Below, one piece after another: positions 24,497 to 37,092 of a DNA stretch of 61,262 bases (position 1 is its first letter; the number at the start of each line of letters is the position of its first letter). The stretch is taken from positions 1 through 61,262 of the forward strand of contig NW_021832393.1 in the NCBI RefSeq assembly GCF_006345805.1, written 5' to 3'. A model generated the notes under the pieces. It had not been told where the DNA came from and did not search any database. It saw only the letters and a program-made list of their open reading frames with translations. Position numbers and translations under genes: made by a program. The stretch comes from Octopus sinensis. Lineage: Eukaryota.

Positions 24497-24599
24497 GTCA
24501 CCGTGATTTCGGGTCATCACCATGGATTGACCAATCAGAAGCAGCGCTGTCACCGTGACCTCGGGTCATCACCATGGATTGACCAATCAGAAGCAGCGC
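24497..24599. repeat. 52-bp tandem duplication containing GATTGACCAATCAG
   Basis: GTCACCGTGA..TCGGGTCATCACCATGGATTGACCAATCAGAAGCAGCGC occurs twice. Confidence 0.85.
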
Positions 24600-25005
24600 C
24601 CGCAGTATCTGACATATGTTAGATACCAAAAATATCTCAAAGTGTTCTCACTCACATGTGTGTAATAACTTCCATTATCCCATGGGTTCCAAACTCTTGT
24701 ACATATACAAACATAATTATCGCGGTTGTTGTGTTCGCTGTTTAACCACTCTACTTTCGTTTATCAACAAAATGTTGATCCCGGCGTGATAGAAAGGGTT
24801 GCCATCGACATGCTTTTGTGAAAGTGGAGCGAACTGTCTGCGGGCTTCGCTGAAAAGTAACAGCACTGTACGTGTTAATATCCACAATTCAGACATGTTT
24901 GCCCGGGGTAGAACCTCTGATGTGAATGGAACTGGTATCGACATGCGAATCAGGCAGTTTTTGTTTGCTTGTTTATTTATTTATTTATTGTTTAATCGGT
25001 TTATA

Positions 25006-25146
25006 TTAGGTTGTCCCAAAAGTTCGTAAACACTTGCGAAAATTGAATTTTTACTCGCCAAGTACTAACAAAAACAACAAAAATTATTCCTCAAAATAAA
25101 GACCATTATTTTCCAAGACTTTCTACGAACTTTTGGGACAACTTGG
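25006..25146. mobile_element. Mariner-type MITE
   Basis: TIR (T/C)(T/C)A(G/A)GTTGTCCCAAAAGTTCGTA at both ends with TA flanks. Confidence 0.8.
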
Positions 25147-25322
25147 TAGCCTCGATTCTAGGAGAGCGCTTGTGCAGCGAATTACTAATATTCAAAAGAG
25201 AAAAAAACTATATTCGTGATGTGCAATGTATACGAACTCGAACTCACATATTTGCTATTGCGGTTTATTTATTTGAACACCAGCGACTATAGAATCATCG
25301 CCATTATTACGTCCACCAGTCT

Positions 25323-25660
25323 AAGGCAGCGAGTTGGCAGAATTGTTAGCAGGCTAGACGAAATGCTTAGCGGTATTCGCCCGTTCTCAGTTCAAATTCC
25401 GCCGAGGTCGACTTTGCCTTTCATCCTTTCAGGGTCGATTAAATAAGTACCAGTTACGCACTGGGGTCGATATAGTCGACTTAATCTGTTTGTCTCTCCT
25501 TGTTTGTCCTCTCTGTGTTTAACCCCTTGTGGGTAGTAAAGAAATAGGTATTCGCCCGTTCTGAGTTCAAATTCCGCCGAAGTTGACTTAGCCTTTCATC
25601 TTTTCGGGGTCGATAACTTAAGTACCAGTTACGCACTGGGGCCGATGCAATCGACTTGCA
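25323..25660 (+). mobile_element. SINE family A head-to-tail dimer
   Basis: Junction AAAGAAATAG|GTATTCG at about 25547; both units share the deletion GGTATTCGCCCGTTCT. Confidence 0.82.
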
Positions 25661-26125
25661 ACTCTTCCCCACAATTTCAGGCCTTGTGCCTGAAAAGATT
25701 ACTACGCCCACCAATCGGATTCTGTGGCATTGGCGAAGGTCACCGCTTATATTCTCATTTAGAGAAATATGCCACTATTCAAAATTTTCTTTCAAATAGA
25801 AATTGCTTCTCGATAATGCTTTGAGCTGCTGCTGCTGCTGCTGCAGTCAAACTTCTACTAACTGACAATGGCCTAGTTGACATTGGACTAATCTTGTGCA
25901 GAAATTTATAAAAGAAAATGCCAATTCGGTTTTTCGTTTCTTAATAAACCCTTCAACTCGACGACTCAGGCATTTTTCACAGACTGACCTGCAGGCCATG
26001 TTAGCAGTAGAGTTAACTATTTATCATCCTGTGCTTTAAAGCTGCATAACTCACTTATCGGCTACGTTCGACAGTTTTGTCAACTATGCAGCTAACTTAT
26101 CAGTCATATATATATACGATAGCTA

Positions 26126-26756
26126 AAAGGCGGCGAGCTGGCAGAGAAGGCGGCGAGCTGGCGGACACGTTAGCACGCCGGACGAAATGCTTAGCGGTAT
26201 TTCGTCTGCCGTTACGTTTTGAGTTCAAATTCCGCCGAGGTCGACTTTGCCTTTCATCCTTTCGGGTTCGATTAAATAAAGTACCAGTTACGCACTGGGG
26301 TCGATATAATCGACTTAATCTGTTTTTCTCTCCTTGTTTGTCCTGTCTGTGTTTAGCCCCTTGTGGGTAGTAAAGAAATAGGTATTTCGCCAGTCACTAC
26401 GTTCTGAGTTCAAATTCCGCCGAGGTCGACTTTGCCTTTCATCCTTTCGGGTTCGATTAAATAAAGTACCAGTTTCGCACTGGGGTCGATGTAATCGACT
26501 TAATACCTATGTCTGTCCTTGTTTGTCCGCTCTATGTTTAGCCCCTTGTGGGTAGTAAAGAAATAGGTATTTCGTCTGTCGTTACGTTCTGAGTTCAAAT
26601 TCAGCCGAGGTCGACTTTGCCTTTCATCCTTTCGGGTTCGATTAACTAAAGTACCAGTTTCGCACTGGGGTCGATGTTATCGACTTAATCCGTTTGTCTG
26701 TCCTTGTTTGTCCCCTCTATGTTTAGCAGTAAAGAAATGTTGTGGGCAGTAAAGAA
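26126..26756 (+). mobile_element. SINE family A head-to-tail trimer with an 18-bp TSD
   Basis: Units of about 185 bp restart at 26382 and 26567; ATATATATACGATAGCTA at 26108-26125 and 26757-26774. Confidence 0.88.
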
Positions 26757-27619
26757 ATATATATACGATAGCTATCCATCTCGGTTCGTATCTTGATCTT
26801 ACAATTAGCAGTAATCACCAACCAACAACAAACAACAGCTTGATTCGAGTTAAAACGTTCATACATATTGAGTTTTCTCAGCACGAAACATACTTTTTAT
26901 ATATTTCAGATCATTTAATTGCTGTCATATTTCTAATTAAGTCTTAATTACCTGCAAAGTACTTTCAGAGAGAAACATCTTGATCTTAGATAACTTGAGG
27001 GTTGAACAGAGAGGGTATATTGTATCTGCTCTTTACATATATGGATACATCAGACAGAGTTCGTTTTAAATATTGTAAAAGTTATAGAGGTTCATGACTA
27101 TTTTTTTTTTTATCTATGGACCCCTTTGATTACTTGTTTTATTCTGATGATCCCCAACCCTAGCCATTCGATGTCTAAAAACTAGTTTTATAGAAACTCC
27201 TTTCAAAACTCCTATTTTGTTTTTCACACATTCCCTTGTGTAGGTTGAACTGTGTAAAATGTCAGAGGAAGAAACTTAACTGTTTCTTGAAATACAAACC
27301 AATACATACATCTAAAGCAAAATGTTTTTCAGGGGCTTTTAAAATACCATTGTAGACCCCCAATTTACTGTTTTGTGAATCCCTAAAGATCTTATATGGA
27401 CCTTCAGGGGCCATGTGGATCCCGGTTGGGAACTACTGTCTTACACAGTTGGGCTCTCTGGAGGTTTTAAACAGCTTCACTAATACAGAATTTGGCATCG
27501 CACATACAATACAAACTGGGTGTAAAAATTGGGTTTGCTTTTCCTCTCCTTTTGTTCCGTACGTTTCGTTTCAGTCCTTTGTGAATCGATGTATGCAGAG
27601 ACACACAAACATACATAAA

Positions 27620-27704
27620 CATGTATGTATGCATGTATGTATGTATGTATGTATGTATGTATGTATGTATGTATGTATGTATGTATGTATGTATGTATGT
27701 ATGT

Positions 27705-27735
<31 letters not shown>

Positions 27736-28843
27736 CATGTATTGTATGTATGTATGTGTGTGTGTGTATGTATGTATGTATGTATGGATGGATATATGTA
27801 TGTATGTATGTGTGTATGTATGTATGTATGTATGTATATATGTATGTATATATGTGTGTATGTATGTATGTATGTATGTATGTATGCATGCATGTATGTA
27901 CGTATGTGTGATGTATGTATGTATGTATGTATGTATGTATGTATATGTATGTGTGTGTCTATGAATTTATGTGTATCATGTATGTATGTATGCAGTGTGT
28001 AGTATGTATGTATGTATGTATATATGTATGTATGTATGTATGTATGCATGCATGTATGTATTATGTATGTATTGTATGTGTGTGTGTATTGTATGTATGT
28101 ATGTATGTATTATATGTATGTGTGTGTGTATGAATTTATGTGTATGCATGTATGTATGTATGCATGTGTGTGTATGTATATATGTTGTATGTATGTATAT
28201 ATGTATGTATGTATGTTATGTATGCATGATTGTATGTATGTATGTATGTTGTATGTATGTATGTAGTATTGTATGTTGCATGCATGTATGTATGTATGTG
28301 TGTGGTATGTATGTATGTATGTCTGTATGTATGTATGTGTGTATGTAGTATGTATGTATGTATGATGGTGTGTGTATGTATGTATGTATGCATGCATGTA
28401 TGCATGCATGCATGTATGTATGTATGTATGTATGTATGTATGTATGCATGTATGTATGTATGTATGTATGTATGCATGCATGTATGTATGTATCTATGTA
28501 TGTATGTATGTATGTATGTGTGTATGTATGTATGTATGTATGTATGTGTGTGTGTATGTGTGTGTATGTATGTATGTGTGTGTGTGTATGTATGTATGTA
28601 TGTATGTATGTATGTATGCATGCATGCATGTATGTATGTATGTATGTATGCATGCATGTATGGATGTATGTATGTATGTATGTATGTGTATGTATGTATG
28701 TGTGTATGTATGTATGTATGTATGTGTGTGTGTATGTATGTATGCATGTATCTATCCATTCTGTATGTATGTATTTATGTGTGTATGTATGTATGTATGT
28801 ATGTATGTATGTGTGTATGTATGTATGTGTGTGTATGTATGTA

Positions 28844-28874
<31 letters not shown>

Positions 28875-29467
28875 ATGTATGTATGTATGCATGCATGCAT
28901 GTATGTATGTATGTATGTATGCATGCATGTATGGATGTATGTATGTATGTATGTATGTATGTATGTGTGTATGTATGTATGTATGTATGTGTGTGTGTAT
29001 GTATGTATGCATGTATCTATTCATTTATGTATGTATGTATTTATGTGTGTATGTATGTATGTATGTATGTATGTATGTGTGTGTGTATGTATGTATGTGT
29101 GTGTGTATGTATGTATGTGTGTGTGTATGTATGTATGTATGTATGTATGTATGTATGTATGCATGCATGCATGTATGTATGTATGTATGTATGTATGCAT
29201 GCATGTATGTGTGTGTGTATGTATGTATGCATGTATGTATGTATGTATGTATGTATGTATGTATGTATGTATGTATGTATGTATGTGTGTGTGTATGTAT
29301 GTATGTATGTATGTATGTATGTATGTATGTATGTGTGTATGTATGTATGTATGCATGCATGTATGTATGTATGTATGTATGTATGTATGTATGTATGTAT
29401 GTGTGTATGAATTTATGTGTATGCATGTATGTATGTATGCATGTGTGTATGTATATATGTATGTATG

Positions 29468-29501
<34 letters not shown>

Positions 29502-29522
29502 TGTATGTGTGTGTGTATGTAT
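27620..29522. repeat. About 1.9-kb (TATG)n array with higher-order structure
   Basis: Direct inspection; rare variant words recur at spacings of about 265-271 bp. Confidence 0.97.
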
Positions 29523-30025
29523 AATTTATGAATTTTTTCAAACCCCACTCGCTCACTCAATAATGTTTCTGGCCAATTGTTTTGCACTTAAAAACGATAG
29601 GAAAAGCCTTGAAGGTTAAAAAAAATTGTTTGAAATCGGCGATAACCTCTACAATACTTTATTTTCAAATAGAAAATGGAAAGTAACTTAAAAACAATAC
29701 TGAAATTTAGGAAATTTTTCATTAACGCCGTTCCTCCATAAATCCTAAAGTTTCGGCTTCTATTCCAATTTTTTTTTTTAATCGTAGTTTTAAATTACAG
29801 AGAGTCTGGATCTGAAATTCGTTTCTGTTTATAATTCCAAAACAATTTTCGAGAGAAAAGGTGTGTGCTTTAAGGAAGACTTAACTATTATTTCTGGCAC
29901 ATTCTATGACCACCTGCTACTTTACTCGTTTCTTTGTCAGTTTCACGTGCATTGATGTTTTTCTATATTTTTCTTCCTTTAAATACATTTTCAAGAATGA
30001 TGATGCGTTGCGAGTCCGCGTCTGT

Positions 30026-30066
<41 letters not shown>

Positions 30067-30639
30067 GAATTTTATTGGCATGAAAGTGTGATTTAAAAAA
30101 AGGTATGTAAATGATAATTTAACTTAATAACCTTTTCTGTTAATAAAAATGCTTTTTTCTTACACACACACATATACACACACACATGTGTGTGTATGCA
30201 TGCATACACACACACACACACACACTCAGCGTGAGTGATATACTTTTATAGAGAATGAAAGAGAGTGTGGTAAAATATAGAGAAAGGGGTGAGTTTTCTT
30301 TATGAAAAACGAAAAATGGAAGAGAAAATATAGAGAGATCTTTTCTGTTGCAGTCACAGATTTTGAAATTTTAAAATCGAATGAAAATTTTCAATTTTGC
30401 TATATTGATCTACTTCTTCATGCTGAAATTGAGTTTGTGATTCATTTATTCAAGAAATTTTTTAGAAAAATGTTTCAAAGGTTTTAAGTTTCATCGTTTT
30501 TAACCAATCAGAAAACAGGATTTGTACGCGATAGCTGTAAAATAATGGACTAAACATTAGAAGATGAAGTTTTAAACAAAATGAAAGCAATACATGAGAG
30601 AAAATACAAATAGAGAGTAAGTGAGGGAGAAAGAGACCA

Positions 30640-30760
30640 AATCTACACACAAGGCTTTCGCCGGCCCGAGGCTATAGAAAAGGATATTTGCCCAAAGTAC
30701 CACGCAGTGGGACTGAACCCGGAACCATGTGGTTTGGAAAGCAAACTTCTTATCACACTC
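30640..30760 (-). mobile_element. SINE family B fragment
   Basis: CACGCAGTGGGACTGAACCCGGAACCATGTGG. Confidence 0.75.
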
Positions 30761-30928
30761 ACACACACACACACTCATATATAGGTACTTAAGTTAAATC
30801 CCATCTGTTTCCTCTTGAAACATATCTGCTTACTCCATTATTGTAATCCAATCTGTGGCCATATATGTTAGTCAAAATACATATTAAATTTGAGAATTAT
30901 TGAAATATTATCTTATAACAAAACAAGA

Positions 30929-31161
30929 AAGTGGAAATCTTCTGGTATCATCTAATCTCGATTACGCGTGATTTCAATTTGCTAATAGGAATTACAAAGA
31001 TTTGCGTGTTAGATAGACATGTAAATGTAAAGAACTACCTATTAGGAATTCGTCAGACAGAATTTCCTTACATGCCTATCTAACATGTAAAACTTTCTGA
31101 TTCCTATTAGCAAATGAAACACGTGTAATGGAGAAGAAATGATACTAAAAAAATCCCACTT
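30929..31161. repeat. Imperfect inverted repeat with arms of about 95 bp
   Basis: TTACGCGTGATTTCAATTTGCTAATAGGAAT...GTTAGATAGACATGTAA versus TTACATGCCTATCTAAC...ATTCCTATTAGCAAATGAAACACGTGTAA. Confidence 0.7.
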
Positions 31162-31471
31162 CTCTGTTTTGTTGTTCACACACACACATGCACGCACGCA
31201 TGTACACACACGCACGCACGCACACACGCGCGCACGCGCGCGCGTAAGTACTGGTGGGTGTAAGAGATGAAGCAGCTGAAAATGTACTACATATGTTTCC
31301 AAGAGAAACTGAACGGAAGTTATGCAGTATAATGAACAGAGATTTGATGACATTCTGTGACGTTTATATTTGTAGATAAATTACATGTGCATGTGTTTGT
31401 ATCTATATTTATATATATATATATATACATATACAAATATACATACATACATGCATACATGCATACATACA

Positions 31472-31503
<32 letters not shown>

Positions 31504-31619
31504 CAGTCGTACGTATATACATATGTATGTATGTGTGTGTGTGTCAGGCAGTTTATGGTATTGCATTCATGCTCAGCTTCTCTCTTCTATAGGTTCATTG
31601 CTGAAATGAAATATTATTT

Positions 31620-32300
31620 ATATGTATGCATATAGGTATGTATGTATGTATGTATGTATGTATGTATGTATGTATGTATGTATGTACGTACGTATGTATG
31701 TATGTATGTATGTATGTATGCAAGTATGTATGCAAGTATGTATGTATGTATGTATGTATGTATATATGTATGTATGTATGAATGTGTGCATGTATGTATG
31801 TATGTATGCATGTATGTATGTATGTATGTATGTATGTATGTATGTATGTGTGTGTATGTGTGTATGCATGCATGTATGTATGTATGTATGTATGTATGTA
31901 TGTTTGTATGTATGTATGTATGTATGTATGTATGTGTATGTATGTATGTATGTATGTATGTATGTATGAATGTATGTATGTATGTATGTATGTATGTATG
32001 TATGTATGTATGTATGTATGTATGTGTGTGTGTATGTATGTATGTATGGAAGTATGTATGCAAGTATGTATGTATGTATGTATGTATGTAAGTATGTATG
32101 TATGTTTGTATGTATGTATGTATGTATGTATGTATGTATGTATGTATGTATGTATGAATGTATGTATGTATATATGTATGTATGTATGTATGAATGTATG
32201 TATGTATGTATGTATGTATGTATGAATGTATGTATGTATATATGTATGTATGTATGTATGCATGCATGCATGTATTTATATATGTATGTATGCACATATC
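31620..32300. repeat. (TATG)n array
   Basis: Direct inspection. Confidence 0.97.
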
Positions 32301-32618
32301 TATGTATGCGACTGTGTGTCTGCGTGTATATTAATTAAAGTTTCGTGATTAACAGCGTTAAGTTTCCATTTAATGATTCTTATCAAATGAATCATTCAAT
32401 AAGATAGCTCGAAACGCACATGTCTGTCACGAAATAAATAAACAGATATGAATACTCCATGACCGCTGTCTCTTCAGGCGTTTATTTGATAGCGATCTTC
32501 CAAATACGCATGCGTGCGCGCGTGATCTCTCTTGTGTGACTGTAAACGAAAAAGAGATTTCATTACTTTGTGTAACGTTTATATTTATAATTAAATTATG
32601 ATTGTGTGTGCGTGCGTG

Positions 32619-32659
<41 letters not shown>

Positions 32660-33319
32660 GTTAGTAAATAAAGCATATGCATATATATATACATATGTGT
32701 ACGTACTTACCTCTACATGTACATATACACGCATATATGAGTACAGGACACCAAAAAGACGTCGAACACAATGAGAAACGAAAACATAGACACAAGCCCA
32801 AGGCACTGGACATTTTTTTAAACAACAAAAAAATAGAGTACAGGACAAATAACACAAAGAAAAAAGCCCTTCTTCAGTCGCTATGGTTTCATCTACTCTA
32901 CGTTTCGAAGGTAAAAGCGAGACGTATCTTCGACAAGAAACTTCCTTCCTGCGAAAAGCAAATCAATTAAAATTTTGAGATCTTTTCGCAGAGGGGTAAA
33001 AAATGGTAACAAAAACAGGACAGTAATTAGAAGCAGCTCGAGGTATATAAACAAAGTCAAACGCGCATACACGAGGTGTGTGTTTTGTTCATATGTGGGA
33101 CGACTGCGTCTTTTTTAGGCGTAAGAGTATATAATCTCAATGCCCCTGGTGTAAAAACACCCGCAAGCAGGTCATAGCCAAGGGAGACAACTCACATCAC
33201 ATTCCTTTTCTTCGGAGCAACAGACATCGATGTTTCGTTATTGTTGTGACTTCTCGATGCCGCGTAACGAAGAGGTCAAGATAGAATACTTTTTTGTTGT
33301 TCTTATCTTAATAGTAAAC

Positions 33320-33420
<101 letters not shown>

Positions 33421-33567
33421 GGAAATAATATATTATTTCCGGTATTTTAGCGCGCCAAAACGAGGACTTTTGAAAAATAACCACAAGTGTAATAGGTAGA
33501 ACTTTATACATGTCCAACCTCATGCGGACGTTTCGTGTATAGTTCTGCAAATTATATTTGTATTGAC

Positions 33568-33643
33568 GACCATACTGAAGATCTACAGACAAGTTGCATA
33601 AGTAAAATTACATAACTGTTAATAGTGAAACATGTTTATGGTT
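33568..33643 (+). ncRNA. Candidate type I hammerhead ribozyme
   Basis: GACCATA-CTGAAGA-(45 nt, weak helix II)-GAAA-CATG-TT-TATGGTT. Helix I is 7 bp and helix III is the palindrome ACATGT. Confidence 0.6.
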
Positions 33644-33902
33644 GATCTATACTTTTTTTACTTTTCATATATCTTGCTCGCTTACGTTCTTGAGTTTGCT
33701 AAATTTTTCTTGAGAACATTCCTTAATTGTTAAGACCATAGCGGATCTACTTCTAGCATAAGGGTTGTCCACATAGTGGTCATCCTTCTCATATGTATGT
33801 AATACAATTTTTTGAACCTTCAGATTTTAATATGCTAGACCACTGGTTTTAAATTGATGTTAATCAAATTAATATACAATTTTTAACCCTCAGTTTAAAT
33901 TC

Positions 33903-33960
<58 letters not shown>

Positions 33961-34060
33961 TGTTGTTGTTGTATTAGGAATGGTCATTTTGTGCCAGTTT
34001 AGCTATATATTGGTGTTAATTTGCTTCAGCTATTTTTTACATTAATCTTAATCTTATTTC

Positions 34061-34104
34061 AACCAGAGTTCTTTCGTCCCACTTCTGTGACCTCATCAGT
34101 GGTC
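34061..34104 (-). ncRNA. Candidate minimal type I hammerhead ribozyme
   Basis: GACCA-CTGATGA-G-GTCAC(AGAA)GTGGGAC-GAAA-G(AA)C-TC-TGGTT. Confidence 0.6.
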
Positions 34105-34179
34105 CTTTGCTTTCTTCTGTCTTATTTGTGTGTCTCTCCTTACTAACGGTCAGCCATTTTGTATTTTGTATTCCTAGTA

Positions 34180-34218
<39 letters not shown>

Positions 34219-34225
34219 TATATAT

Positions 34226-34538
34226 AAAATAAATATAAGAGAGTGGTCACTATATTGCTCACTCTAGCACCAGTTAATCCAAAAGGTTTCAACCACGAAA
34301 ATACATGTTTCCCATGAAGCCAGTACGACTGTTAGCTCACACGGACAGGGCAAATAAAAAATAAAAAATAAAAAATTTTTTATTTTTTATTTTTTATTTT
34401 TTATTTTTTATTTGCCCGTCCGTGTGAGCTAACAGTCGTACTGGCTTTCATGGGAAACATGTATTTTCGTGGTTGAAAACTTTTGGATTAACTGGTGCTA
34501 GGTGAGCAATATAGTGACCACTCTCTTATATTTATTTT
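34226..34538. repeat. Near-perfect 313-bp palindrome
   Basis: Unique-sequence arms differ at about 4 positions; the centre is (AAAAAT)n/(ATTTTT)n. Confidence 0.92.
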
Positions 34539-35148
34539 GTAAAAATATTATAATATGTTATAAAATATTATAATAATCCAGGTTCTCGTAGCACTAGGCC
34601 ACTTGGTGTTGAATAAATATACTATTAAATTAGTATCTAATTCTCTCACCCTTATTAATTAATTATATATATATATATATATATTATATTATTATATATA
34701 TATAATATATATATTGCTGGTAAGGACGCAGTATTTAGTTTTGATACCATAGTATACTACCAAATATATTAAAGGTTTACAAGAGTCAATATGTGTCTCA
34801 CCTTGTGTTAGCAGTGCGGTGTTTTCAGTTTAAAGTTTATCTCTATAGATTCAGAGCCAGCACTGCAAGTTACGATGTTTCATAAACGAAGACGTCCAAG
34901 TAAACAATGCGATCGAGACAAGATAGAGAGATTATGGGTGTTTTTCTATATATTGCGAGCTGAAGCAAGCTACTGCTATGTCTAGCAGAAGAGTATCAAT
35001 CATGGAGCATGATCAAATAAGATCGAAATCACTCGGTACGATGGTCTCCGAACTAGAATTCTAGGGAACTCTTTCGCCGCTTGCAGTATGTATTGTATAC
35101 AAAGAGCACTGAATAACCAGCTGGAGAAGGCGTCCTCGTGGCGATATA

Positions 35149-35492
35149 GGCGCAGGCGTGGCTGTATGGTAAGAAACTTGCTTCCCGACCACGTGGTTCT
35201 GGGTTCAGTCCCACTGCGTGGCACCTTCGGTAAGTGTCTTCTACTGTAGGCTCGGGCCCACCAATGCCCTGTGAGTGGATTTGGTAGGCGGAAACTAAAA
35301 GGCCGTCGTATGTATGTGTCTTTGTATCTGTGTTTGTCCCCTACCTCCATTGTTTGACAACCGATGTTGGTGGGCTTACGTTCCCGTAGCTTAGCAGTAA
35401 TGCGGTCTATTCATTCGACTAAAATCATCCTTCAAGGTGATGCCCCAGCATAGCAGCAGGCTAATGGCAGAAACAAGTAAAAGATAAAAGAT
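35149..35492 (+). mobile_element. SINE family B
   Basis: GGCGCAGGCGTGGCTGTATGGTAAG head; (AAAAGAT)n tail. Confidence 0.85.
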
Positions 35493-35556
35493 AGGGTGGT
35501 AACGACTGTGAAGTTTCGCTGAAAATGACTTCATCAGTCTGACTATTTTTAAATGT

Positions 35557-36025
35557 GGATCTTTTCGGTTTGAACGGCAGTTTTTAACATAATTTCTAGG
35601 TAACTAAAAAATTTTAATCTTCGTATACTGGTAGAATGTGTTTATAAAACATCATTTTCTCTTGGCTTTATTGAGAAAATTCTGTAGCTTGTAACATATT
35701 TCGTCTTTAATTTCTTGCATTTCGGCAATTTTAACCAATCACTGGCGTCTATTGAGTTAAAAAGCATTCTGTGCCGTATGAATATGTCCCTCGTTTAAGA
35801 AACAGATTGGGTTTATTTACATTTGTGAAGAAAAAAAGATACCCTTCCCCCACCTCTAACCCTAACTAACCCCAAAGACGAAATATGTTACAAACTACAG
35901 ACTTTTCTCAAGAAAGCCAAGAGAAAAAGATGTTTTATAAACACATTCTACCAGTATACGAAGTTTAAAATTTTTTAGTTACCTAGAAATTATGTTAAAA
36001 ATTGCCGTTCAAACCGAAAAGATCC
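35557..36025. mobile_element. MITE with long TIRs, GGATC termini and an 8-bp TSD
   Basis: GGATCTTTTCGGTTTGAACGGCA(G/A) TIR; TSD TTAAATGT; internal CTAACCCTAACTAACCC. Confidence 0.88.
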
Positions 36026-36231
36026 TTAAATGTGTTTCTATTCAGTATCTCGTAATGCACCGTAGATACATCATCAGCAATATTTCCTGGGGTCATTATG
36101 CGTATTGGATCCTTCAACAGTCAGACATTCACCCAGGTGAGCAAGCAAGTATTGATCAAGCCCTAGCTTGTGTCCACTTTGTACCACCCGTGGTAGAACT
36201 ATCTTATGAACTCATATGAAACAAACTTTAA

Positions 36232-36262
<31 letters not shown>

Positions 36263-36383
36263 TTATATGCGTGCTTAAATCTAAAAACTAGTTAAATACG
36301 CATACACAAAGGATATATGCATGCTTATATAAATAAAAACCATATCTAAAATGTTTTTATACGTATATACGTACATACATATA

Positions 36384-36427
<44 letters not shown>

Positions 36428-37042
36428 CATATGTATATATGTACATAGACATACATATATACATATATATATATGTAAATATATATGTACATATATATGT
36501 ATATATATATGTATATATAAATACATATGTACACATATATATATGTACATAAATATGTATATATATGTATATATATGTCTGTATATATATGTGTGTGTAT
36601 GTGTGTGTGTGTAAAGGCGTGTCTGTATAATTGGATGTATGTGTGTATTTAAATATACTTACGTGTTTGTGATTGTGTGTGTATGTGTGTGTCTTTGTGT
36701 GTGTCTGTGTCAGTGCTTGGCATTCCGTCTTTAAATCATCCTGTTATATCCGGTCGAGGTTAAAGGTGAACCTTTGAAGTTAGCCGAAACATTGTCAACA
36801 ACAATAGTGATTGTAATGACATTAAATGACATTGGAGGTGGGGGGGAGGTGGAAGAGACGGTTGGGTTGGACGAGGTAGTAGCATTGGTTTGGGGTCGTG
36901 GTGGTGGTCGTCGTGGTGGGGTGGGGGGAATGGTGGTGGTGGTATTTGCGATGGTAGTAGTGGTGGTGGTGAGAGGAAGGCGTGCAGACCAGTAAGTAGA
37001 TGAGAAATGACGTGTGGAAATTTATGTACAGCTTGCCTTTCA

Positions 37043-37043
37043 A

Positions 37044-37092
<49 letters not shown>

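Noticed and set aside
27413-29619. Many MYVC/HTYI ORFs of up to 433 aa (also at 8.5-9.1, 18.1-18.7 and 31.6-32.3 kb)
   Set aside because: These are translations of (TATG)n.
32380-32485. CTGAAGA on the minus strand with a helix I partner GCGTTT
   Set aside because: There is no GAAA at the required position.
32893-32942. TTGTCGAAG...TCGAAACGTA resembling the variant hammerhead
   Set aside because: C3 is missing, helix I is only 3 bp and helix II is ambiguous. It may be a relic but cannot be supported.
35500-35545. CTGATGA...GAAA on the minus strand
   Set aside because: Helix I and helix III cannot form in register.
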